From Selaginella moellendorffii (lineage: Eukaryota > Plantae > Lycopodiophyta): a stretch of DNA of 64,000 nt. Positions within the stretch are counted from its first letter, which is position 1. Every line of letters starts with the position of its first letter. The notes under the pieces are model-generated. The model was not told the DNA's origin. It did no database searches and saw only the letters and a program-made list of their open reading frames with translations. This document shows positions 48,701 through 62,224 of the stretch, piece by piece. Made by a program: the position numbers and the translations under genes. The stretch spans positions 2,068,463 to 2,132,462 of the forward strand of contig NW_003314266.1 in NCBI RefSeq assembly GCF_000143415.4. The letters run 5' to 3'.

Positions 48701-48910
48701 GAGAGAGGAGACGCGGTTCTGGGAGTCGCAAGTGATTCCTGTCCAGCGGCACGGCGTTGCGTCGGATTCGTTCCAATCGCGCAGGTGGGTCGCTGGATCC
48801 TCGATTGAGGCCTTGAATGCCAGGAGTGATTGGCCATCCGGTGTCAATCCCTCTGCCGCGGTCGTGAAGAACACGACGATCGCCAAGAACAGGGGAGTGA
48901 TGGGCGTCAT
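45752..48910 (-). CDS. LRR receptor-like kinase subfamily XI, BAM/CLAVATA1-like; intron 46233-46147
   Basis: Signal peptide, about 21 LRRs including LYLGYYNHFSGGIP, TM helix, [90 protein letters not shown]. Confidence 0.95.
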
Positions 48911-51391
48911 CCCTGATTTGGCGATCGCGATGGGAATGGAATGTCGTTGATCTTGGGACGAGGAGAGCTAAGCTAGAGCTGGACAGTTCACCTGATTCGC
49001 GATGACGCGTCGCGCTCGCCCGCCATAGCCAGGAAGAATCAATCAAGCTATGGTGGCGATGATGAGCGCTGTGATGGAGGGGCAAATTCGGGGAATGGCA
49101 ATGCTGCTCCCGGGCGAGTGTGCGTGATGGGGGGATCGATCTTTTGCGCCATTGGGTCCCTCACATTCGCTCCAAATCATCACTTTGACGCCGCGCTGTG
49201 GCTCGCACACTGTGGACAAAAGATTTGGGGAAGAACAGAGTGTCGAGAGGAGGGAGAAAAAGATGGAAAAAAAAGTTCTTTTGTTTGTTGCTCGTCGTCT
49301 TTGTGTCAGATCACTGCTGAAAAGAGAGAGGGGCGAGCTGTGCGCGAATCATCCACGGATGCGCAGAATGACCCAGGGGAAAAAATCGCTAGAAAAAAAA
49401 GAAAAGGAAGGACCGAGAACTCCTCGCTACACAGCACTAATCCGTGAAAGCTATGGCGTGTCTGTTGGTCGGTCCCCAGCTCCAGCGGAAAAAAACTAAA
49501 AGAAAGCCCTCTTTCTCGATCGATCGATCGATCGATCTATCGATTGTTCGCTTCGTCGTCGTCCCCCTCTTTCTTTTGATTTCTAATCACCACCCGCACT
49601 AGCACACACACACTCTCGAGAAGAACAGTGAAAGGGCGCGAATCAATGCGGGGCCTGGCGGCTGCAAAGACGAGATTCTAAGACCGCCCAATTCGACCCA
49701 TCATCCCGATGCATCGACCAAAGCCGCCAGAGATCCAGCAATCCAGAGAAAAAAGATATGAAATCTCTCTCGCGCGCAATCGCAATCAGCTGGCGGCCGA
49801 GCTCTCAAGCTCCAGTGCTATGCCTAGGACTGAGACGAAAAGATGAGAAATTCGAGATTCGAGATTCCTCTTTTGGCCGCGACTCGCGAGGAAGAAGAGG
49901 AGAAGAAGAAGAAGAACCCTAGAAAGCTATGAGATGCGTACTCCTGACTGACACAAACAAATTCTGGCAGTCAAAGGGGAGAAATTACTCGCTGCGATCT
50001 CTCTGCGATCGCGCGCAACAATGTCGACTGCTAGACGACGCAGAGCTCACGGACAGTGAGAGCGATGTAGGCGATCGATCAAGTCACTGTGTTTCTTCGT
50101 TTTTCTTTTTCTCTTCTTTGGAGGTTTCGATCAATCGACAGCGCTGGGGATGAAAACAACCCCCCCCGACGCGAGCGTTTTTGAGCGTTTTTAATTCTCC
50201 TGGCCGAGCCAGCTCTTATCTTCTTCTTTTAGGGTTCTTGCCCGCCTTTTAGGGTTTACAACAATTTCACCTGGCACATTTACTGCGCACTTCAATGTAG
50301 TAAAAACTGGCAGTGCTGTCCTTGTTGTTTGATTTACATGAAATTACTTTTGACTGCGCCCGTGCGACTTCTAAAATCCCGCTTAAAACTTAACTCTATC
50401 TAATCCAAGGACGTAGCGTAGGTAGTAGGTACGGCGCGGGTGCATGCATGGGTACGTACGGGATACCCCACCTTCTACGTCGCCGTCAACTTGAATGAAA
50501 AATATTTTGATCCTGGCCTGTGTTCGTATGATTTTAGGGCTTTGTGTCACTCTCGGAGAGTTCTTTGTCACCAGGGGGATTATTAAATCGCTCGCTCGCT
50601 GCTTAAAGAATCGAGACAAGGACGCTATAGCATATGACAAAGAGACAAACTCCTCCAAAAGATTATGCGATTCGAGGCATGTGATGAACACTCTCTGCTA
50701 AAATGGATCAAAACGCGAGGGCGATTGACAAAGATGAGCGAGCGTCTAGGCCTAGCAGACAATAAACAAGCCAAAGCGCTTGTTCGCAAATCGCGATCTC
50801 CAAACCTCGTGCTTTGGTCTAAGTTATCAACTTGGTCTAAACAAGACTTGCAGCCAGGGACTTTTTACGGAAGAGGTAAGCGCGATAAAACAAGGAAAAC
50901 TTTACAGGATTGCGTAAGCCGGCGATGAGAGCAATGAGATGAGATGAGATGAGATGAGATTCACGTTGCCACGGCTCCCGTGACGCAAGCTCTTTGACCG
51001 CGATGAGTCCATTCAATCCCATTAAAAACACTTTAGGGCTTTCCTCCAGCGCGGCGTGTACGGTGATTCCGAGCAAAGTGTTGGAAACATGTCTTCGGAG
51101 GAATCTGCGTGCTGTCTTCCACTCAAAAAGCCAAGAACGCGAAATTATTCCAGATACTATAGCATATTCTAGTTCAGAGCATCTTTCTGTAATATGCTAA
51201 TTTTTAAATTTTTATTCCAGGGCGGGAATTGAACCGAGAACTTGGAATGCCAGGTGTTGAATCTGCCGCGCTCGGTTTCATGCACGAATTGCCGCCACCT
51301 TCGCTGGTTTTTAGGTCTTTCACTTCTTCTTCGTCGATCCTTGGGTGGCGAAGCGAGAAGAAGGCGCGCGATTGGAGTGGATTGAGAGGAA

Positions 51392-53082
51392 ATGCTGGAT
51401 TCTTCCTCCTCTTCCGGGGGAGAGATCACCAAGGAATGGCTTCGCAAGCACTGCCGGAGATTAGGGCTCTATGTCACGCCCTCTCTCAATGACAAGCTCT
51501 ATCTCCACTACCAGGGCTTTGGAGAGATCAAGAACCTGGAAGAATACACTGTGAGCGATCTTTGTTTTCTTTGATTGCTACATTTTCATGGTTTTGCTTG
51601 TGTGCAAGCCAGGGACTGAAGATGCTGTTCCTCGAAGGGAATTTCTTTGAGTCTTTGGATGGTCTACAGCCACTGGCGGAATTACGATGCTTGTAGGTAG
51701 TCTCTCTAAAACTTCTAGTTTTCTCAGTTTCGATTTGAACGCGGAGAAAAAAAAAAAAAAACCTCTTTTCCAGGTACGTCCAGAAGAATCAAATTGCTTG
51801 TATCAACCATCTCGAGGATCTTAAAATGCTGGACACCTTGGATCTCAGGTTGGTCGCTTCTTCTCTTCCACGAACTTCTCTTGTTTGAAGCTCTCGTTTT
51901 GCTCGATGATGCCGACAGTAACAACTGCTTGAAAACGCTCGAGAATCTCTCGGCTTGCCCGAGCCTCAAGGTCCTGCAAGTCTCAAACAACTATCTCAAG
52001 TCTGTGGAATCCATCGAGCACCTCAAAGACTGTACCTCGATATGGTAAGCATTGTCATCTCTTTCTTCCAGCTTGTGGTTGTGACCCTCGAGCTTGGAAA
52101 ACTCCATGAAGCGTTCTCGACGTATCGTCCAACAAACTTGACGATGGAGAGGGAGTTTTGGGAGTTCTTAAAGCCATGCCCGAGCTTACCGTGCTTTACT
52201 TATCCGGTAATCCATGCGTAACGAACCTGCAGCCCTATCGCAAGGTAAGTCCATGTTTTAAACTTGAGAGAAGCTTACCACTTTGCTGTAGACTGTGATC
52301 TCGAGTCTTCCCAAGCTCAACCATCTGGATGATCGGCCAGTGTTTTGGGACGAGCGTCTTTGTGCCGAGGCTTGGTAAATGAGCTCGCTTGATCTTTATC
52401 TGCCCTGCCCTGTTGAGTTGTAAGACCACTGCAGGGCCAGAGGTGGATATCAAGCTGAGCAAGAGGAACGAGAGCGTGTTAAAGCTATAAGGAGCGAAAT
52501 GGAGATAAAGCAACTGGAAAGTAAGTTTGTTTACCTGATGAAGAAGTTCTTTTGAGAGAGACTTGTGGCACAGGCATGAGAAAGATAAGAAACGATGCTC
52601 TCGAAGAAAGAGCCCGGTTGGAAGCTGTGGAAGCGATGGAGGAGGAGGAGAGAAGTACCAAGGACGCGCAAGTTGAGGCATGCTTTCAAAGTCGGGAGTC
52701 TACCGCTGTAGCCGAGGAGGTCGAAGAGGAGCTGGAGACTTCTGGCTCCGAGTGTTTCACTCTGGACAGTGATACTGAGAACTACAACGACATCGAGCTT
52801 ACACGATCAGACGAGCAGAGGCTTGGCTCGGATACTCCTGTGACAAACGAGGAGATGACAGAGACCAAGGAGGACGAACGAAAGGACAGTTCTGGGACGA
52901 TAGAGAACCTTAGTCCAGAGACAAAAGAGGACGAACAGAAGATTTTCTCGAAGAAATCTCAGGACGAACGAGTGCTTAACTTGAACACAAGGGAAGACGA
53001 ACACACGGTCAGTGAGACCAAAGAAGAGGACGAACAGAAGCTTAGCTCGGCAGCCGATGCAAAGGACAATAGTGTCTGTTAA
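51392..53082 (+). CDS. DNAAF1: Dynein axonemal assembly factor 1 (ODA7/LRRC50) LRR protein, multi-exon
   Basis: [38 protein letters not shown]|[13 protein letters not shown]22-type LRRs, [30 protein letters not shown], acidic tail. Confidence 0.88.
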
Positions 53083-53223
53083 AATTGAACGGACAAATGT
53101 AGAATCAGCAAAATTTCAGCCTCCCTAGAAACCACTCACAGAAACCACATGGCCATGTGATGCGAAAGCTATGGTACAGGCGAGAGAGTTACTCACACGC
53201 TTATTACTCTTGTGAATCTTCTT

Positions 53224-54518
53224 TCACTTTGGAAGGTCATGGAGGAACTCGACGAACTCGTCAATCAGATATGGCCATGCTCCCTCGGAGTCGTAGTTGG
53301 AAAGCGATGAATCAATCGACTGCCAGGGAAGATATCACGCAAATTAGTTTCACAGACTACAAAGCGCTTACTTTGGAGAACTCGAACAGCTGCGACCACG
53401 TATCTTTCGATATGGCCTTGTTGTGCTTAGCCTGCGATTCACATGTATAACTTAGTTTCTCAACCAAGGTTCGAATTGTATACGTACTTGTAAAAACTGG
53501 CACCAAGGCTCTACCAGCGGCCAAGGATGCTCGTTAAACAGTAGGCGCCACATACCCAACGCCGTATCTAATGCAAGCGATTTTTGACCCTGAAAGATCC
53601 AGCATAAGCCCACTTGGACAAAAAGAAACACAAACCTTTTCCTTGGCCCAGTTGAATGCAAAGTTATAAATCTCTCGAAACTTGTCTGCAACCATGTAGA
53701 AAGCGTTTGCAATGAGAAAGCTAAACGCATGGTGAGGGTTAGAAAATCATACTAAGTGAGAAGGCCTACGTTCTTCTTTAAGCTCTGCCCGAAGGGACGG
53801 AAGAAGTGACTTTAGCTTATCGATGGAGTCCACCCTGAGCGAGACACCGACTTAGAACGATCATGATCATCGAAGGATAGAAACCAAAAACTCACCCAAG
53901 AGATTGAAAGCCAGTGATGAACTCTTGCCTCGAAAACTCACACATTGTGGCCGCTCCCATATGCCACGAGATGACGAGCATCACAACATCTCCAGGGTCG
54001 ACTTTGAGATCGTCACAGAAAGCCGAGATGCCATCGACCAAGATCATATCCGAGAAACGATCTGAAAGTTGGAAAACAATGGATCGTCAAAGAAAAGAAA
54101 AGTTTTCCATCACCCCATACCTTTGTAACGCATGTAAAGCTCCTCTAAGTGCCGAGGATCCGCCATTGGCTTGGACACTGGCTGGTTCGTATAGAAGTAC
54201 TCGAAAGCCCCTTCCAAGTTCCAATCGCTCGCCTTCAGTGCTGTCAAGGAGGCCTTCTCACTGCCATGGAAGAACAACATCAACGAAGAACAAGAAGAAG
54301 ATTCAAGCAAAACAAAAAAGAAAAGACAATCTCTACATACGTTGCTCCCGCGATTGACATGAACTGATGGACTTTGTCCCGCTGTGATCTCCCCAGCTTA
54401 TGCTGAAAGAGCGCATCGATCAAGGAAATCGAAATTTGCGAAAGAAACCTAAATGGCGCTAGCATCGAATCGATGCGCCGCGCAAAGATTATGCTCGCAG
54501 TCGATAGAAACGTACCAT
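53224..54518 (-). CDS. DCN1: DCN1-like protein (defective in cullin neddylation), multi-exon; the first exon carries only the ATG
   Basis: M|[28 protein letters not shown] (UBA-like), [36 protein letters not shown]. Confidence 0.92.
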
Positions 54519-54797
54519 CTTCGTGGTCGCGCCGCCCAGCGCTAGGTCTCCCTCTCTCTCCTATCTCTCTCGCATTCCCTCGTACGAAGGAGCTATATAC
54601 GCGAGTGTTATTTTCCCCTTCCTTGTATAATCAGGTTTGAACCCTAGACCTAAAGATCTTTATAAAACGAATATGCTTTAAACATGCTTTAAGCATATTC
54701 TTTGGATATAGGAAATCTTTGTCCGGTATTGAACCCCCGACGCCTGGGGAATAAAGACTTTGGCTATGGTAGACTACCACAACGAACTGTCAAGGCG

Positions 54798-56079
54798 ATG
54801 GCGATGGCGGCGTCTCCCGGAGCGTCCCATTTGCATGCCAGATCGGGATCCTCGAGGTCGCCAGCGAATCAGGCGCTCTCCGCCTCGTCGATCGCATTGC
54901 CGCAGCGGTGCATCGAGTGCCGGATTTCGTCGGCGTCGTCCCCCAGCCAGCGCCAGATCGTCCACGCCGTCGCCAGGGAGCCGCTCAAGGTGATGATCTC
55001 CGGCGCGCCGGCGTCGGGCAAGGGGACGCAGTGCGAGCTCATCACGGACAAGGTATGCCGATCGTCCTCCTTCTCTTTGCCCCGATAGGATTTTGCGCAT
55101 TGGGGCCTGGACGATCGATCTATGGGTCTCCACGGCACGATATTTCGACCGGAAGTCGATCGATTGATCGCTTGATTTTCATTTGTGTCTAACTCACAAG
55201 TTCTTTTGTGTGATCACAGTATGGTCTTGTACACATAGCAGCTGGAGATTTACTGCGAGCCGAGGTAGCCGCGGGTACTGAGAATGGAATCAAAGCGCAA
55301 GAGTATATGAACAAAGGCCAGCTCGTTCCAAACGAGATCGTAGTGTCAGTAAGAACACTTACTCTAGCCTCTTATAGTTCTAATCTAACACGAGTTATTC
55401 ATCGTTTTGTGCTTGTTTTGTTCTAGATGGTGAAGCGAAGACTGGAAGAGCAAGACGCGCAAGAGAAAGGCTGGCTGCTGGATGGCTACCCGCGAAGCGT
55501 GTCGCAAGCCGACGCGCTGGAAGCTCTAAACATCCGGCCTCACGTCTTCATCCTCTTGCAAGTAAGTGGTCGTTTAGTTTTTCTTTGTCTAACCTGAAAC
55601 GATCGAGCTTCTCTTACCGATTTTTATCCAGGTTCCCGAGGACATTCTCGTGGAAAGAGTGGTCGGTAGGAGATTGGATCCCGTCACGGGAAAAATCTAC
55701 CATCTTACGTATGCTCCTCCCGAGACTCCAGAGATCGAAGCTCGGCTAACTCAGCGAAGCGACGACACGGAAGAGAGGGTAACGTAGCATTAGAAACTTT
55801 CCCTGACTAAGTTTTCTCTTTGATTTTCTTCCTCCAGGTGAAGCTCAGGCTTAAAACTCACCGGCAAAACGTCGAGGATGTGCTATCGATCTACTCAGAC
55901 GTGATTGTTCCTGTAAGTTTTGGATCGATCACAAGCTCTTTATTTGCTGAGAAGTCTCGATTTGTTTGACACAGGTGGATGGAAATCGGCCCAAAACCGA
56001 GGTTTTCTCGAGCATCGATTCGATTCTAAACGAGATGGTACAAAGCGAGCAATTAGGAGAGGCCATGAGCTCGAGCTAA
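54798..56079 (+). CDS. ADK: Adenylate kinase, plastid-type, multi-exon
   Basis: Transit peptide, P-loop [56 protein letters not shown]; stop at 56077-56079. Confidence 0.93.
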
Positions 56080-56215
56080 AGAGCAAAATAAAATTTTTTG
56101 GCGAATATGCCCGTAGATTCTTTACAAAGAATATGCTTAAAATACTCGTTAATGTGGGAGATGCTTATAGTGGATTCTTTAATGGCCAAATTCTAGGGTT
56201 GTTGCGCTTGTGGCG

Positions 56216-58472
56216 ATGGCGATCCTCGAGTCCCCGCGCGTCGGCGCTGGAATGCTGGATCGCATCCGATCCCTCACGGATGTCGGCACCATGAATCGGA
56301 TGCTCCACGAGAGCATTGCGTACGAGCGCAGCATCGACGGCGAGCTGGAGAGCCTCCTCGCGCAGCGCCAGGAGGTGGAGAAGAAGCTGCTAGGGCTCCA
56401 CCGGACGGGCGAGGTGCTGGAGATCGTCCGCGCCGACGCGGAGCAGATGCTCCGCAGCGTGGAATCGACGTGCTCGCTGGCCAATCTGGTGAGTGGCAAG
56501 GTGAGGGAGCTGGATCTGGCGCAGTCGCGGGTCCAGGAGACCCTAGCCCGGATCGAGGCGATCGTGGATCGCGGCAGCTGCATTGACGGCGCCCAGAAGG
56601 CGCTGGCGAGCGAGGATTACGAGTCGGCGGCCAGGAACGTGGAGAGATTTCTCCAGCTCGAGGAGAGGATGGGGGGCCTGGTGGATCCCGCGAGTGACCA
56701 GCACGTCCAGCTGCTGGAATCCAAGAGGAAGCTGGAGGAGGTGATCAAGAAGAGATTCTACGCGGCAGTGGACGCGAGAGATCACGCCGGGGTGGTGAGA
56801 TTCGCGTCGCTGTTTGCTCCTCTTGGGCTCCACGAGGAAGGGATCAAGGCCTACGTGAGCTACCTGAGGAGATCGGTGGATCATCGCGCTCGCGATGGCT
56901 TCGCGGCCGTGAAGGAGACTCCAGACCAGGCGGACTTTGTGGCGGCGCTCAACAACATCTTCAAGGACATCGCCGAGGCGATCGAGGAGAACGAGGAGCT
57001 CCTCAAGAGCTTGAATGGAGAGGATGGGCTCGTCTACGCGATCCTGGAGCTGCAAGAGGAGTGTGACTCGCGCGGCTCGGCCATCGTGAAGAAGTATATG
57101 GAGTTTCGCGGGCTGGCCAAGCTGGAGAAGGAGATCATCGCGCAGACAAACGCGGAGAAGGACATCGTCGCGCAGTCCAAGCTCTTGATGTCCGCCAGTG
57201 GCGCTGTCGAGGGGCCGGATCTCCGCAGCATCGAGATGTTCTTGGAGGAGATCCTGCTCTTGATCCAGACCAGCGAAGACTACACGCAGTATATGATCGG
57301 GAGAGTGAGGGAGGCTGGATCTTCCGGAGCTCACTTCAGCCCGCGCGCCACCACATCTTTCAAAGTCGGGAGCTTCTACCGCGCGGTGCAAGAGCTGACG
57401 AGCCACTATCGCTTGCTGGAGGAGTACTTCATGGCAGAGAACGTCCGCAAGGCGATCAAGCTGGACGAGTTCCCGGCCAATTCCCTGACGACTTCGGTTG
57501 TGGACGACGTCTTCTACGTGCTCCAGAGCTGCACCAGACGCGCGGTCTCCACGTCCAACGTCCATCTCACGCTCTCGATCGTCACTTGCGCGGCCAACCT
57601 ACTGGGAAACGAGTACAAGGACGCGCTCCAGAGGAAGATGCGCGAGCCAAACCTGGCGATGAAGCTCTTCGCCGGAGGAACAGGGGTGGTGAAAGTGGGA
57701 ATGGAGGTGGCGGCGGCGCTAAACAACATGGACGTGAGTGCCGAGTACGTCCTCAAGCTAAAGGCCGAGATCGAGGAGCAGTGCAACGAGGTAAGCGGTG
57801 CTTCTCGTTTGCTTTCGTCTTTTCTCACGGCTTTAGCAACAGATCTTCCCCGGCCCCGCCGAGAGGGAGAAGCTCAAGTCCTCGCTACTGGAGCTGGGCG
57901 AGGCGAGTGTCTCGTTGCGGCAGATCACAAACTCGGGCCTCGAGCAGCTCGCCAACTGCATCGCCCCTCGGCTGCGCTCCACGCTAGACGCGGTGGGGAC
58001 TGTTTCTTACGAGCTCACCGAAGCACAGTACGCCGAGAACGAGGTGAACGATCCGTGGGTCCAGAAGCTGCTGCACGGAGTGGAGGCCAACGTGAGCTGG
58101 TTGCAGCCGCTGCTCACGGCCGGGAACTACGACACGCTCGTCCACCTCGTCATCGACTTCATCGTGAAGCGGCTGGAGGTTGTCATGGGCCAGAAGCACT
58201 TCAACCAGCTGGGGGGACTGCAGCTGGACAGGGACGCGCGAGCGCTGGTGGGGCACTTCTCGGGGATGACGCAGAGGACGGTGCGGGACAAGTTTGCGCG
58301 GCTCTCGCAGATGGCCACCATCCTCAACTTGGAGAAGGTGTCGGAGATCCTCGACTACTGGGGGGAGAACTCGGGGCCCATGACGTGGAGGCTCACACCC
58401 AACGAGGTCCGTCGCGTTCTGGGGCTCCGGCTGGATTTCAAGCCCGACGCCATCGCCGCGCTCAAGCTGTGA
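56216..58472 (+). CDS. COG4: Conserved oligomeric Golgi complex subunit 4; intron 57791-57842
   Basis: VSGKVRELDLAQSRV, ELQEECD, TTSVVDDVFYVLQ, FNQLGGLQLDRDARALV, RDKFARLSQMATILNLE, WRLTPNEVRRVL. Confidence 0.93.
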
Positions 58473-59668
58473 GCCATAGCGACGTCCGAGTCTCGATCGA
58501 TCGATGGGAACTTTTGTCCGTCGGGTAGAGGAGAGAAGCTCAGCTCCCCCCCGGAAAGGTCCAAGACTCTTTCCAGGAGGACGACGTTCCAGCGCTCGCC
58601 ATCGCCATTGCTCCAGCGGTTTCTCTTGCGGCTTTAATTTTCTCGTTGGAAAGGTATGTTTGCGAGCTGAGCGTTTGGATCCATCACCTCTTTTTCTTCT
58701 CTCTTTTCTTTCTTTTTTCTTTGCAGGAAGATGGCTTGAATGAATTTGTAGCTGGCAAGCACATGTAACTGGCGGCTGGTGGCCAAGGATGGAGCTTTCA
58801 TTCACACTGGAGATTCCACTGTGTTGGTAGAATATTCTCCCTTTATAAAAAAAATTCTACTCTGTTGGTAGAATATTCCTCCATTTTTAAAAAAGAGAAC
58901 TATACACGCTTGGAAACCAACGAACTCCCTGGCGCGAGAAACAATCCATCCATCCGTCCATGCGTTTTTTTGTTTGGATCTCTCTCACGCTTTGTACTTA
59001 CAAAACAATATCATTCACCTATCATTCATCTCGTTCCATTGTCTCGAGATTGATCGATTCGCTTCCACTCAATTCTTTCTCTCTTTTTTTTTTTGGGTTT
59101 CTTCGCACTCTTTCTATCTGGTGCTGGCTGCCTGGCTTGATTTTTTCCGTGATCGAGTCCTGTCCAATCCAGGGGAAACCATTCTTTTTCTCGCGATCAC
59201 GATTCCAGAATCGAGTTGTTCCTGGATTTTTTTTCTTGCCTTTCCCCTGTTCCTCGCTTTGCGCCCCGCCGCTTGTGAAGGATCATAGCAGCAATGCTTT
59301 CCTCTCCAGTGGAGCGAAAGCACCACCTCCCTTTTCACGCAAAATTCTTCGCCTTTGCTGCTGCTGCTGCTGCTGCGATGGATGATAACTTTGTGCCGGT
59401 GTGTTCCTGCTGTTGAGCACTGGCGAGCATTAACAAAGCCCCCGGAAAAAAGAAGACCTGCTGTAGCACGATCCTGATCCCTGACGATGTAGAGATATAT
59501 ATCCCCATCCACTGCTGCTTACCACCACCACCACCACACCTTTCTCGCTAGCTAGAGCCGATCCTGTCCAAAAAATTTATGTACCGAAGGCCTGATTGCC
59601 AGACGCCAGCGCAATCTCACCACCACCTGGAGATAGATCCCCACTGCTCTTCCCATCTTTTCCTCCTT

Positions 59669-61072
59669 TCACGACAGCTCCTTCCTCAGCTTTCGAGAGA
59701 AAGGCTGGCAGGCGTCGATGCTCAAGTCCACCGCGGCTGCCAGAGCCATGAACACCGCTGCGTCCTCGGCGCAGGTGATGTGCCGCATCGCCAGCTGAAC
59801 CAGCGGCCTGCCGGAGGAGCTCTGCCGCTCGCCCCGCGTCGTGCAGCTCATCACGAATCCCCCCGACGCCGGCAGCCCGACGTTGATGAAGTTGCAGTCT
59901 CCGCTGCTGCGGGGGCTCTGCACGGGAGTTCTCGCCGGCGACGGCGTTGCCGGACGAAACCTCGCCGTGTCGATCGAGAACTCTCCCCCGGAGTGTGAGC
60001 TGATGACCGTCTCCGAGACCAAAGCGCCCCCAACGTTTGCCGTGCCGCCACCACCATTCTCCGCAACTAGCTGGAAACGAAGCCCGAGGCCACCTTTGCT
60101 GCCTCTTTCTTTCCACGCCTCGAGTCTCCCCCACGGCTCCCAGCTGTCTCCACTTGTGGAATCCGGGCGGAGGATGAGCCAGGCCCCGGGATTGGAGCGG
60201 CTGACGCGGTCACTCCCCGCCGACGGCACGAAAGGTGTCACCATTGACGCAGCAGCCACGGGGGAGCCGGATAGATCATGGATCATGATCAGCCACCCTT
60301 TGCGTTCCTTCCTCTCCTTGTGATCATGGCCTCCCAATGGACCCGACCACTTCCCCGCACCGCTACGAGGAGTCTCACACAGTCCCAGCCTGAGAGAAAA
60401 AATCCAAAGAGTTAGACCACCAAACTCTCTCCAGGAAAAACTCTGACAAGCTCACCTTGATCGGCTCAGTCTATCCCTGCTGAACTTGCAGCTGAAGAGC
60501 GGTTGCGTGATCTTGCCTTGAATCTGCACGATCTGGGGGCTGGCCACCGTCTCCCCATCAAACTGGAAAATGTAGCGAGGATCCGCCTCCACTTTGATGA
60601 CGAGATGGAGCTCGGCTCCCGGCTTGCCATCGGTGGAATTCCCCTTGCCAATGCCCGTCCAGCCGCTGTGGAGCTGGATGGGCTTTCCTTCCATCCACTG
60701 CGAGCTCACCGGCAGCGAGAATGTCCCCATGAGCTTCCCTTCTTTCACTCCACACCGAGTTCCCTGCCGTCCAGTGTAGACCAGAACTTCCAGGCATGGA
60801 AACGAGCTCTTGAAGCACGAAGTTGGCGAGAGGAGCTTGTCGAGAGCCGACTCGTCGAGGTAGAAGTTGGCGGCGATGCCGCGATCCGGGGGTGGCGACG
60901 TGGGCGAGACGAGCGGCACTGGCGTGGTCTGGACTGGGTAGCCTGGAAGCCGGACCTCGCAGAAGAATGGCGATGTCGAGGAGTGGACTCCTGTTCTAGC
61001 GGGCTTGGAGGCGAGCGGCACCCGGACGCCCAGAGCACTCACCGAGAGCTTGATGAACGCGCGAGGATCCAT
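59669..61072 (-). CDS. DUF1005 family plant protein, 2 exons
   Basis: MDPRAFIKLSV, DPRYIFQFDGE..SPQIVQIQG, ERKGWLIMIHDLSGSPVAAASMVTPFVPSAGSDRVSRSNPGAWLILRP, AAAVDLSIDACQPFSRKLRKEL. Confidence 0.9.
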
Positions 61073-61904
61073 GTCGATTGCTGGCGAGTGATCCTTTTGC
61101 CCATGCTCAGAAGATCGCTGCTATGTAGTGATGGAGTGCCATGATCTTTGGATTGATAGTGTGATCGCGGCCCGCCTCTCTTCTAGCCTTGGAAGGCACT
61201 GTAAAGGAATGCTTGCTTGCCTGGATAAATGCTGTGCTTTGCTCGTAACGTAAGCGAGGGAGAGAGAGAGAGGAAGAGGGGGAGATAGAAAAATCGGCAA
61301 GAGAATCGAAAGGGGAGAACCTTCCAAAAGCAAAATCCCTCGCAAGGATCCCGAATTCTTTTCTTTTCACTCTGCTATCCAGCAAGAACCCCAGGAATCG
61401 CGAATCGACGAAACGCACGAGAAAAGAGGAGAGGAGGGGGGAAGGAAACCTGGAGCGCCGCTGCGCGACCTTCACTCGAAATGCGCGTCGACGACCACCG
61501 ATCCAGCCGCGAACAAAAGAAATCCCCTGAGAATCCACTGGAGCGCGGTAGAATATCGAGGATGGAGAGCAAGATTTCCGGCAGGGATTCGTGCGCGCCG
61601 GCCTGGGGCTCCTCGCTCGCTCTGGATGGATCGATCTCTCTAATAGGAGAGAGAGGGATTGAAAGAAGAGAGAAGAGAGAGAGGATCTTCCAGCCCAGTA
61701 CACTACACACACAGCCAAGCCTCGCCTGTATTCCAGTAGGGTTTTTCGCGTTTTCTTGCCAATGCCGTGCCAACTCACACACCCCCTTTCACAGCCAGGC
61801 AATTAACAGCCTGGCGGGCAAATGGAGGGACCGGCAGTCCGCGACGGCAATATCCAGCAGCTAACAGCGACAAAAAAGCCCAGCTGACGTGGACTAGCCA
61901 GTTG

Positions 61905-61965
61905 TCTAAACCCTAACTCTTAGGGTTTTAACCCTGTTTTAGGGTTTTACCCACTTTTAGGGCTC
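61905..61965. promoter_or_regulatory. Cluster of telo-box-like motifs in the divergent DUF1005/F-box promoter
   Basis: aaaccctaa, tagggtttt, aaccct, tagggtttt and tagggc within 60 bp. Confidence 0.45.
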
Positions 61966-62224
61966 TTGGAACTTTTCCCACGACGTGACATTGCTTCTGC
62001 GTGCGCCCTAACCGACACTAGGTAGGGGATCCCCGCAAGCAAGCATTGCGTGAACACCTGGCCGGTCCAATAGTGTTCTCGCTTGTATTGTCCGAGCGGG
62101 GCATCGATCCATCCATCCTTGTTCGCGTTGTTTGCTTTGGCCGCTCCAACAGTGATCGATCGGCCGTTTCCACGCGCTGCGAATTGGAGCCCTCCTCTGG
62201 ATCGCGCGATCTTTGGCTTCCTTC

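Noticed and set aside
46193-49085. Many long overlapping or antisense ORFs over the LRR-RLK (likewise over MYB, COG4, DUF1005, PPR and F-box)
   Set aside because: These are shadow frames of GC-rich coding sequence, Arg/Pro/Ala-rich with no domain signatures.
49516-50960. (GATC)n at ~49517-49544 and (ATGAG)n at ~50934-50959
   Set aside because: Ordinary microsatellites.
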